Shown one piece after another: positions 10,514 through 18,769 of a stretch of 64,000 nt of DNA; position 1 is the stretch's first letter; every line of letters begins with the position of its first letter. Location: NCBI GenBank assembly GCA_963836075.1, contig CAWIIB010000001.1:225002-289001 (forward strand), given 5' to 3'. The notes below the pieces were generated by a model. That model was not told where the DNA came from. It did no database searches and saw nothing but the letters and a program-made list of their open reading frames with translations. Position numbers and translations under genes: made by a program. The stretch is from an uncultured Acidobacteriota bacterium (GTDB lineage: Bacteria; Acidobacteriota; JAQAZP01).

Positions 10514-10525
10514 CCGCTGGGGGAG

Positions 10526-10556
10526 GGGAGGGGCCGGTCCGGCCGCCCCCCTTTCG
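10526..10556 (+). terminator. GC-rich hairpin plus CCCTTTC after dsrP; candidate intrinsic terminator
   Basis: GGGGCCGG-T-CCGGCC(G)CCCC stem followed by ctttcg. Confidence 0.45.
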
Positions 10557-10659
10557 CAGTTCGGGTTTCCCCCTATTCACGCAGGGAATCCCTAGATATG
10601 TTATCTATTATGTGCGAACAGTAAACACTGGAACGGCAGTACTGGAGGACAGGGAAAAC

Positions 10660-11609
10660 ATGGGTATTGTTCTGATCGTCACCTGCCTGTCGCTGGTTGT
10701 CTTCGTCGCCAGCGTGCTGACCCGGTTCATCCGGCTCTCCCGGTTGCCGGTTCACCTGCGCTGGGAAGTCTACCCCGTGCCGCACGAGAAGGGGAAAGGC
10801 AAATACGGCGGTTCATATCTCGAGGAGTACGAGTGGTGGACCAAGCCGCGGCAGACGTCGAAGCTGGCCGAATTGAAGGTGATGATCCCGGAGATCATCC
10901 TGCTGGCCGGTGTCTGGGAACACAACAGGAAGCACTGGTTCCGCACCTTCCCCTTCCACTTCGGCCTCTACCTCCTGGCCGGGCTGATCGCCCTCCTCGC
11001 CGTTGGCGGCGTGGCCACGGCGGCCGGCGTCCAGGTGACGGCGGACGGGGGCCTGTTCGGTGCGCTGGTCTACTACCTGACCATGGTGCTGGGCTATGCC
11101 GGCATGGGCCTGGCCCTCTATCGGGGCGTTGGCCCTGCTGCTGCGGCGGACCTTCAACGCCGACTACCGCGAATACACCACCGGCGCCGACTTCTTCAAC
11201 CTCGCTCTTCTTCATTGCCGCCCTGGTGGTGGCCCTGGTCACCCACTTCACGGTGGACCGGCACTTCGCCAACCTGCGGGGCTTTTTCCAGGGGCTGCTG
11301 ACCTTCGACGGTTCGGCGATCCCGCAGCTGTCAGCGCTGCAAAGCCTGGAGATCGTACTGGCCTCGCTGCTGGTGGCCTATATCCCGCTGACCCACATGT
11401 CGCACTTCTTCACCAAGTGGTTCACGTACCACGACGTGCGCTGGAGCGACGAACCGAACCTCGAGGGCAGCGGGTTCGACGAGAAGATTGCCAAGCAACT
11501 TGAAGTCCACGGTGAGTTGGTCCGCCCCGCACATCCGCGGCGACGGCAAGAAGAAAAACTGGATCGACGTGGTCACGTCTTCGGGGCGGGAGGAATAGCA
11601 AGTGCATGA
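10660..11609 (+). pseudogene. second NarI/DsrM-like membrane cytochrome b (HmeC/HdrE-type, 'DsrM2'), disrupted by two +1 insertions
   Basis: Start MGIVLIVTCLSLVV with a GGAGG RBS. Frame breaks lie at ~11123-11127 (an extra G in cggggcg) and ~11212-11217 (an extra base in cttctt). The reconstructed protein keeps TM helices and a C-terminal THMSHFFTKWFTYH heme-ligand motif like the DsrM and QmoC C-termini. Its stop overlaps the next start (ATGA). Confidence 0.65.
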
Positions 11610-13224
11610 CAAAAAAACGCGTAAAATTCAGAGATATTTCGAAACCAACGGCCAGGCTGTCCGAGGAGCTGCGCAAGGAGGACTTCATGCCGCTCCCCGC
11701 GCCGCTGGACGATGCCGGAGGCTCTGCCGGACTTCCCGCCGTTGAAAGAGACAGTGGAAGAAAAGTACGAGTGCTCACTGGACGACACGGTGGCCCTCAA
11801 TCTGCCAAAGCCCGAGACCAAGGAAGAGGAGGACGAGCTGGTCGCCAAGTTCCTCTCCGGGCTGCAGAAGCTCTTCACCAAGGAGAACAACTGGACCTTT
11901 CTCCAGCCGCTGCTGCTCTCCATGGACCACTGCGCCTCCTGCCACACCTGCTCCGACTCCTGCCACATCTACGAGGGCAGCGGCAAGAACCCGATCTACC
12001 GGCCGGCCTACCGCTCGGAGGTTTTCCGCCGGCTCTACAAGAACCATGTCAAGGGTAACGGCGGCGGGATTCTGGCCGCCTGGCGCAACGGCGAGATCGA
12101 GCTCAACTGGACCACCGTGGCCCGGCTGGCCGAGCTCTCCTACCGCTGCAACCTCTGCCGGCGCTGCGCCCAGACCTGTCCCATCGGCGTGGACAACGGC
12201 CTGATCGGCCACGAGATCCGCAAGCTGTTCAGCCAGGAGATGGGCATCGCGGCCAAGGAAATCCACGAGACCGGCTCGGTGCTGCAGCTCAAGGTGGGCT
12301 CCTCCACCGGGATGAACGACCTGGTGGTCAAGGACAACATGGAGTTCATCGACGAGGACGTCACCGAGAAGACCGGGATCACCGTGGAGACGCCCTGGGA
12401 CAAGGAAGGGGCCGACATCCTGCTGATCCACAACGCCGGCGAGATCATGGCCTGGCCGCTGAACCCCGGGGCCTTCGGCGTGATCTTCGAGTCGGCCGGG
12501 CTGAGCTGGACCATGTCCAGCGAGATCGCCGGTTACGACAGCATCAACTACGGCCTCTGGTACGACGATGCCCAGTTCGCCCGGGTGGCGATCAAGCACG
12601 CCGAGGCGGCGAAGAAGCTGGGCGTGAAGAAGATCGTCCTCGGCGAGTGCGGGCACGCCCACAAGGCACTGACCGTGATCGCCGACCGGGTGCTCACCGG
12701 CGACCTGAACATCCCCCGGGAAAGCTGCCTGGTGACCCTGGAGGAGATCGTCATGTCCGGCCGGCTGAAGGTCGACCCGGAGCGCAACGACTTCCCGGTG
12801 ACCCTGCACGACCCCTGCAACCTGGTGCGACTGATGGGCATCGTCGAGCCGCAGCGCCGCATCCTGCGCAAGATCGCCCCGCGGTTCCGCGAGATGACGC
12901 CCCACGGCGTCGACAACTACTGCTGCGGCGGCGGCAGCGGGTTCGCCATCATGAGCGGCAACAACTTCGCCGACTGGCGGATCCAGGTCTCCGGGCCGCA
13001 AGAAGCTCGAGCAGGTGCTCAACGCCTTCGAGGGCGAGCTGGACCCGTCGATCAAGAAGTATGTCTGCGCCCCCTGCTCCAACTGCAAGGGCCAGCTGCG
13101 GGACATCTTCGCCTACTACGATCTGTGGGAGAAGCACTCCATCATGTATGACGGGCTGGTGGAACTGATCGTCAACTGCATGGTGGACGCCAACCCGGGC
13201 TTCATCGAGTGGGAGCAGCACTGA
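11606..13224 (+). pseudogene. second HdrD/DsrK-like CCG-domain Fe-S protein ('DsrK2'/HmeD-like), disrupted by two +1 insertions
   Basis: The N-terminus MTKKRVKFRDISKP… runs in frame 2 up to ~11716, where an extra G sits in ccggagg. The long middle ORF 11712..13151 has CxxCxxCxxxC plus CCG motifs (CNLVRLMG, CCGGGSGF). An extra C at ~12998 shifts to the C-terminal ORF ending at 13224 (…CAPCSNCKGQ…). Confidence 0.65.
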
Positions 13225-13435
13225 CCCGGACTCCGTGCCGTGACGCCGGAAGCGGACGCCCCGCGGCCCCCGATTCAGGGGGCCGGAGGTTTCCTCTCCG
13301 GCGTCACGCTGTACAGCGGAGAAGCCGCCATTCGGACAACGATACGTTGCGACAGCTGGGCCGGGTGGGGCGATTGGCTCTAAGTGCATATGGTTCAGAT
13401 GAATAGGGCTTCGCTGTCGGATTCCTTCCGATCCA

Positions 13436-13455
13436 ATGCAACAATATATGCAACA
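13436..13455 (+). promoter_or_regulatory. tandem direct repeat ATGCAACA-atat-ATGCAACA immediately upstream of the aprB promoter; candidate activator site
   Basis: An exact 8-bp direct repeat with a 4-bp spacer, ending 15 bp upstream of the -35 box. Confidence 0.4.
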
Positions 13456-13470
13456 TTTTCCCGAAACCCC

Positions 13471-13499
13471 TTGACAACCAAAATCGCTCTTGGTAGAGT
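13471..13499 (+). promoter_or_regulatory. sigma70-type promoter for aprBA (TTGACA-17-TAGAGT)
   Basis: Consensus -35 at 13471-13476, a 17-bp spacer, and -10 TAGAGT at 13494-13499. This implies a ~265-nt 5' leader. Confidence 0.5.
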
Positions 13500-13766
13500 T
13501 GGCGCTGATTTGTGTCGTGAATGATACTCGTACCAGTTCCCTCGGCTGACCGCCAGGGGAACCGGAGGATTTTCAGAGAGCTTCATTTCATATACAAGGT
13601 GTCAATCAATCGGGACGAGATTTCAGGAAAACTATGGGGCTTTTTCCCAAGGAATTCCACATTCAGGCTGAAAAGATAGCCCTGGGGAAGGGGGTGGCGC
13701 CAAAGTAGAAAAGGGTGTTTTCAGTCCATCGAATCGTTAGACTTGCAATTAAAGGAGACGCTGATA

Positions 13767-14198
13767 ATGCCAAGTTATGTCATTCCCGATAAGTGCGATG
13801 GCTGCAAGGCTCTGGACAAGACGGCCTGCCAGTATATCTGCCCCAACGACCTGATGAAGCTGGACAAGGCCACTGAGAAGGCCTACAACCAGGATCCGGA
13901 CATGTGCTGGGAGTGCCAGTGCTGTGTCAAGATCTGCCCCACCCAGGCCATCGACGTGCGCGGCTATGCCGACTTCATGCCCCTGGGCGCCAGCGTTGTG
14001 CCCATGCGGAGCACCGACTCCATCATGTGGACGATCAAGTTCCGTGACGGAAGTCTGAAGCGGTTCAAGTTCCCCATCCGCACCACCGAGGAAGGCAAAG
14101 CCGTTCCCGATGGCGGATTCGAGACGCACAGCGATCTCAACAGCCCCGAACTCTACACCGAGCCGGCCTCCGCCGGCGGGCCCATTGCCAAGCTGTAG
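13767..14198 (+). CDS. aprB: adenylylsulfate (APS) reductase beta subunit
   Basis: MPSYVIPDKCDGCK… with two [4Fe-4S] ferredoxin motifs. An AAGGAG RBS lies 10 nt upstream of the ATG at 13767, and aprA follows directly. Confidence 0.9.
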   Translation: MPSYVIPDKCDGCKALDKTACQYICPNDLMKLDKATEKAYNQDPDMCWECQCCVKICPTQAIDVRGYADFMPLGASVVPMRSTDSIMWTIKFRDGSLKRFKFPIRTTEEGKAVPDGGFETHSDLNSPELYTEPASAGGPIAKL

Positions 14199-14218
14199 CA
14201 GCAGGAGGTTACAGACCA

Positions 14219-16120
14219 ATGAATAACTGGGAAACTGTTGTTGTCGAAACCGACCTGCTCATCGCCGGCGGCGGAATGTCCGCCTGCGGAGCGGCCACCG
14301 AGGCCGCGTACTGGGCCAAGGCCAACGGCCTGAAGATCACCCTGGTGGACAAGGCCGCCATGGACCGTTCCGGCGCCGTGGCCATGGGTCTCTCCGCCAT
14401 CAACCAGTATGTGGGCATCGCCGCCGGTGACAACACCGCCAATGACTACATCAAGTATGTCCGCCAGGACCTGATGGGCGTCTGCCGCGAGGATCTGGTC
14501 TACGACATCGCCCGCCACGTCGACTCCTCGGTGCACCTCTTCGAGAAATGGGGCCTGCCCATCTGGAAGGACGACGAGGGCAACTACGTGCACGAAGGCC
14601 GCTGGCAGCTGATGATCAACGGTGAGTCGTACAAGATCATCGTGGCCGAGGCGGCCAAGAACGCCATGGCCGAGCTGGGCGACAGCGGCGAGATCTACGA
14701 ACGCGTCTTCATCACCGGCCCCCTGCTTCAGGACGGCAAATGTGTCGGCGCCGTGGGTTTCTCCACCCGTGAAGAGAAGTTCTACGTTTTTAAAGCCAAA
14801 ACCACCATCTGTGCCATGGGCGGTGCGGTGCACGTGTTCAAGCCCCGGTCCACCGGTGAAGGTTTCGGCCGTTCCTGGTATCCCCCGTTCAACACCGGTT
14901 CCAGCGCCTACTTCACCCTGGCCGCCGGCGCCGAAATGACCTGCCAGGAAGTCCGCTTCATCCCCATCCGCTTCAAGGATGCCTACGGTCCGGTGGGTGC
15001 GTGGTTCCTGCTCTTCAAGTCCCGGGCCACCAACGCCTTCGACGGCGAGTACATGGTGGAGCGGCGCCCCGAGCTGGAAAAGTGGCTCCCCTACGGCAAG
15101 GTCAAGCCCATCCCCGCCAACCTGCGGAACTGGCTCGGCATGCTGGACATCTTCGAAGGCAAGGGTCCGATCTACATGAGGACCGAAGAGGCGATGCAGC
15201 GGATCGCCGACGAGTACAAGGACGATCCCAAGGCCTTCAAGAAGAAGTCCAAGGAACTGGAGAGCGAAGCCTGGGAAGACTTCCTCGACATGACCATCTC
15301 CCAGGCCATGCTCTGGGCGGCCACCAACGTCAACCCTGAAGAGAAACCCTCCGAGATCGCTGCCTGCGAGCCGTATTTCATCGGTTCCCACTCCGGCGCC
15401 TCCGGTGCCTGGATCTCCGGTTCCGAGGATCTGCAGACCGCCGAGACCAAGGGTGAATATTTCTGGGGCGGCTACGGCCTGACCACCACTCCCGGCCTCT
15501 TCGCCATTGGCGACGCGTCCGGCGCTTCGAGCCACAAATTCTCCTCCGGCTCCCACGCCGAGGGTCGTATCGCCGGCAAGGCCGCGATCAAGTACATCCT
15601 CGAGAACAACACGGCTCCGGTGGTGGACGACGCCACCATCCAGCAGCTCCGTGAGACGGTGTTCAAGCCGATGGTGACCTTCGAAGAGCACAAGGGCGCC
15701 ACCACCGATCCCAACGTCAACCCCAACTACATTCGGCCCCGGCAGTTCATGTATCGTCTGCAGAAGATCATGGACGAGTACGCCGGCGGCGTTTCCGCGG
15801 CTTTCTCCACCAACAACAAAATGCTCGACCGGGCGATGGAGCTGCTGACCTTCCTCAAGGAAGACTCCGAGAAGCTCGCCGCCGAGGACAACTACGAGCT
15901 GGAACGTTGCTGGGAAAACCTGCACCGCGCCATGCAGGCCGAGTCTCACGTGCGGACCCTGATGTTCCGTGAAGAGACCCGCTGGCCCGGATACTATTTC
16001 CGCGCCGACATGCCGACCATGGACGAGGAAAACTGGAAGCTGTTCGTCAACTGCAAGATGGATCCGGCGTCCGGTGAGTGGGAGATGATCAAGCGGCCCA
16101 TCTACTCGATCATCGACTAG
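14219..16120 (+). CDS. aprA: adenylylsulfate (APS) reductase alpha subunit (FAD flavoprotein)
   Basis: 633 aa with an N-terminal FAD fold (DLLIAGGGMSACGAA) and an AGGAGG RBS. The length and motifs match AprA. Confidence 0.9.
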   Translation: MNNWETVVVETDLLIAGGGMSACGAATEAAYWAKANGLKITLVDKAAMDRSGAVAMGLSAINQYVGIAAGDNTANDYIKYVRQDLMGVCREDLVYDIARHVDSSVHLFEKWGLPIWKDDEGNYVHEGRWQLMINGESYKIIVAEAAKNAMAELGDSGEIYERVFITGPLLQDGKCVGAVGFSTREEKFYVFKAKTTICAMGGAVHVFKPRSTGEGFGRSWYPPFNTGSSAYFTLAAGAEMTCQEVRFIPIRFKDAYGPVGAWFLLFKSRATNAFDGEYMVERRPELEKWLPYGKVKPIPANLRNWLGMLDIFEGKGPIYMRTEEAMQRIADEYKDDPKAFKKKSKELESEAWEDFLDMTISQAMLWAATNVNPEEKPSEIAACEPYFIGSHSGASGAWISGSEDLQTAETKGEYFWGGYGLTTTPGLFAIGDASGASSHKFSSGSHAEGRIAGKAAIKYILENNTAPVVDDATIQQLRETVFKPMVTFEEHKGATTDPNVNPNYIRPRQFMYRLQKIMDEYAGGVSAAFSTNNKMLDRAMELLTFLKEDSEKLAAEDNYELERCWENLHRAMQAESHVRTLMFREETRWPGYYFRADMPTMDEENWKLFVNCKMDPASGEWEMIKRPIYSIID

Positions 16121-16142
16121 CCACACGGCCATTGCTTTTCAG

Positions 16143-16181
16143 CCCCCCGGGCGCGCCCTGCGTGCCCGGGGGGTTCTCTTT
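16143..16181 (+). terminator. intrinsic terminator after aprA (CCCCCCGGGC-N11-GCCCGGGGGG + TTCTCTTT)
   Basis: A perfect 10-bp GC stem followed by a T-rich tract. A second 7-bp inverted repeat (ACACGGCtcgGCCGTGT) lies at 16183-16199. Confidence 0.75.
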
Positions 16182-16333
16182 AACACGGCTCGGCCGTGTC
16201 CGCGGCGGTTGCGGGTGGACATCGGTGCTTCTGGCCCCGGCCAGGAGCATCGATGTTTGTTCACAACTGACCCGGACGGTGCCCAACCAGGTTCCCTGAT
16301 CCGTACCGGCGTCAGTCTGATTTCGGGTGAAGA

Positions 16334-16627
16334 ATGACAGAACAGACACCCCAGACCTGCCCCCACTGCCAATCGGCCCTGTTGCCGTTTCGCACGCCGC
16401 CCAACACTTCGTGGGGCGGCAACATCCACCTGGCCTGCTTCAACGACGAATGTCCCTACTTCGTCCGCGGCTGGAAGTGGATGGCCGAAAAATACGAAGC
16501 CCACGCCTCGTACCGTTTCATGGTCGACCCGGTGAACGGGACCACCGGACCCCTGCCGGTCTGGTCGGCCCAGGCGCTGCGCGACTTGATTCTGCAAGAG
16601 GGCGAAGAGTGGGATTCCGAGGAGTGA
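16334..16627 (+). CDS. small zinc-ribbon-like hypothetical protein (CPHC…CFNDECPYF)
   Basis: 97-aa ORF with four Cys in a CxxC…CxxxC arrangement. It lies 4 nt upstream of the next ORF, in the same operon as qmoABC. Confidence 0.55.
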   Translation: MTEQTPQTCPHCQSALLPFRTPPNTSWGGNIHLACFNDECPYFVRGWKWMAEKYEAHASYRFMVDPVNGTTGPLPVWSAQALRDLILQEGEEWDSEE

Positions 16628-16631
16628 CTGG

Positions 16632-17454
16632 ATGAACGAGGCCAGCGATTTCAAGAAAAAGATCATGTCGGATGCGCCCCGCCTGAACTACGGCGACCGT
16701 TTCCGCTTTTCCTGCAACCCCGGCGTGCCCTGCTTCAATGCCTGCTGCGCCGACATCAACATCGTCTTGACCCCCTACGACATCCTGCGGCTGAAAAACC
16801 GCCTGGGCATCAGCTCCAGCGAATTCCTCGACAGATACGCCGTGGTGCCCTTCAACAAGGAAGTCAAGCAGCCGGTGCCGCTGCTCAAGATGTCGGACCA
16901 CGAGGACAAGCGCTGCCAGTTCGTTGGCCAACAGGGCTGCACGGTTTACGAGGACCGGCCCTGGGCCTGCCGGATGTACCCCCTGGGGCTGGCCGCACCG
17001 CGTGACGAAGCCGAGCAGGGCAAGCGGTTCTACTTCCTGCTGGAAGAGTCACACTGCAAGGGCTTCGAGGAAGACAACGAATTCTCGGTGGCCGGCTGGA
17101 TCGAAGACCAGGGGATCCGCGAGTACCGATGAGGCGGGGGAACTGTTCAAGGACATTTCGCTGCACCCCTATTTTGAAAAAGGCGACCTCTCGCCGGCCA
17201 AGATGGACATGTTCTTCAACGCCTCCTATGACCTGGACCGCTTCCGCCGGTTTGTCTTCGGATCGAGTTTTCTCGAAAAGTTCGACGTGGAGCAGGAGAC
17301 GGTGGACAAGATCAGGACCGATGACGTGGCGATGATGAAATTCAGCTTCAACTTCCTGCGCTACGCGCTGTTTTACGAACCGACGATGAAGTTGAAACCG
17401 GAGTTCGAAGAGATGAAGAAACGGGAGAAGGAGTTCTTCGAGGAGAAGGACTGA
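16632..17454 (+). CDS. YkgJ/UPF0153-family putative Fe-S/zinc-chelating protein with a C-terminal charged extension (one +1 frameshift)
   Basis: Has the CxxxxCxxCC…C family signature (SCNPGVPCFNACCADINIVLTPYD…CQFVGQQGCTVYEDRPWACRMYP). The reading frame shifts at ~17126 (an extra C in tacc), after which the protein continues as …DEAGELFKDISLHPYFEKGD… to 17454. Confidence 0.6.
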
Positions 17455-17498
17455 TCCCCGAAAGGTAAGAGGCAACCCCTAACGGGAGGAACTGCGAG

Positions 17499-18767
17499 GT
17501 GAACAATCAGACGGCAGGCAACGGCAATGGCGCCATCCTGGTCATCGGGGGCGGCATCGCCGGCATCACCGCTGCGGTGGAAGCGGCGGAGGTGGGCTAC
17601 AAGGTCATCCTGGTGGAGAGGGAAGCCTCCCTCGGAGGCCGGGTGATGAGGCTTCATCAGTATTTTCCCAAACTCTGCCCGCCGACGTGCGGCATGGAAG
17701 TGAACTTCCGCCGGATCCGGAACAACCCCCGAATCGAAGTCCTGACCCTGGCCGAGGTGAACAGCATTGCCGGCAGCCGCGGGTCCTATGACGTTTCGAT
17801 CACGGTCAATCCGCGGTATGTCACCGGCAAGCAGCCGGTGAGTTCGGCCCACCTGGACGCGGTGAGCAGCGAAGTGCCCGACAGTTTCAACCTCGGCCTG
17901 CAGAAGGTCAAGGCGCTGCGCCTGCCCCACGACATGGCCTATCCGCCGCTGCACGTCCTGGACAGGGACACGCTGAGCGCCGATGAGCTGGCGGCGCTGG
18001 GAGCCGCCGAACCACAGGGTGCCGTCGACCTCGACGAGCAGCCCCGGACCGTGGAACTCAAGGTGGGGGCGGTGATCATCGCCACCGGCTGGCGGCCCTA
18101 TGACGCCTCGAACCTCGATATTCTCGGCTACAACGAGAGTCCGGATGTTATCGCCAACGTGGAAATGGAACGGCTGGCCTCGTTCACCGGACCCACCGGC
18201 GGCAAGATCCAGCGGCCCTCCGACGGCGCCGAGCCGAAAAGCGTGGCCTTTGTCCAGTGCGCCGGGTCGCGGGATGTGAACAACCTGCCGTACTGTTCCG
18301 CGGTCTGCTGTATGGGATCGCTGAAGCAGGCGCGCTACGTCCGCGAACAACTGCCTGACGCCGAGGTAACCATTTTCTACATCGATATCAGGACCATCGG
18401 CCGTCACGAGGAGTTCTACTACGACCTGCTGCAGGACGACAAGGTCCGCTTCGTCAAGGGCAAGGTGGCCAAGGTGAACGTGGAAGGGGAGAGGCTGGAA
18501 CTGCTGGTGGAAGACACCGTGGGCGGCAAGCTGCTCAAGGAGTCCTTTGACCTGGTGGTCCTGGCCACCGGCGTGGTGCCCAACAACGCCGATGCCCCGG
18601 TCCCCGGCGCCGACGTGGAAACCGATGATTACGGGTTCATCGTTCCCGGCGCCGAGCGCAACGGGATCTACGCCGTGGGCTGCGCCCGGCAGCCCACCGA
18701 GGTTTCCCGTTCGGTAAAGGATGCCACTGCGGCCGTACTGAAGGCCATCCAGGACGTGAGGAGATAG
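17499..18767 (+). CDS. qmoA: QmoA, HdrA-like flavoprotein of the quinone-interacting membrane-bound oxidoreductase complex
   Basis: GTG start with a GGGAGG RBS. The FAD fold (ILVIGGGIAGITAAVEAAE) and HdrA-like Cys residues are present, in aprBA-qmoABC synteny. Confidence 0.9.
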   Translation: MNNQTAGNGNGAILVIGGGIAGITAAVEAAEVGYKVILVEREASLGGRVMRLHQYFPKLCPPTCGMEVNFRRIRNNPRIEVLTLAEVNSIAGSRGSYDVSITVNPRYVTGKQPVSSAHLDAVSSEVPDSFNLGLQKVKALRLPHDMAYPPLHVLDRDTLSADELAALGAAEPQGAVDLDEQPRTVELKVGAVIIATGWRPYDASNLDILGYNESPDVIANVEMERLASFTGPTGGKIQRPSDGAEPKSVAFVQCAGSRDVNNLPYCSAVCCMGSLKQARYVREQLPDAEVTIFYIDIRTIGRHEEFYYDLLQDDKVRFVKGKVAKVNVEGERLELLVEDTVGGKLLKESFDLVVLATGVVPNNADAPVPGADVETDDYGFIVPGAERNGIYAVGCARQPTEVSRSVKDATAAVLKAIQDVRR

Positions 18768-18769
18768 CC

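Noticed and set aside
9397-11301. 634-aa plus-strand ORF overlapping dsrP and the downstream membrane-protein gene.
   Set aside because: It is out of frame with dsrP over 9397-10513, where it reads as an Arg/Pro/Gly-rich shadow. Only its 3' part from 10660 coincides with the real NarI-like gene, before that gene's first frameshift.
11775-13106. 443-aa minus-strand ORF antisense to the HdrD/DsrK2-like gene.
   Set aside because: It is a shadow ORF with a low-complexity translation. The sense strand carries conserved CCG/Fe-S motifs.
14153-16132. 659-aa minus-strand ORF antisense to aprA.
   Set aside because: The sense-strand AprA is unambiguous. The antisense product is Gly/Val/Ala-rich repeat-like noise typical of GC-rich codon position 3.
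16230-16250. TGGCCCcggccAGGAGCA upstream of the qmo unit, considered as a sigma54 promoter.
   Set aside because: The spacing and the -12 element do not fit TGGCAC-N5-TTGC.
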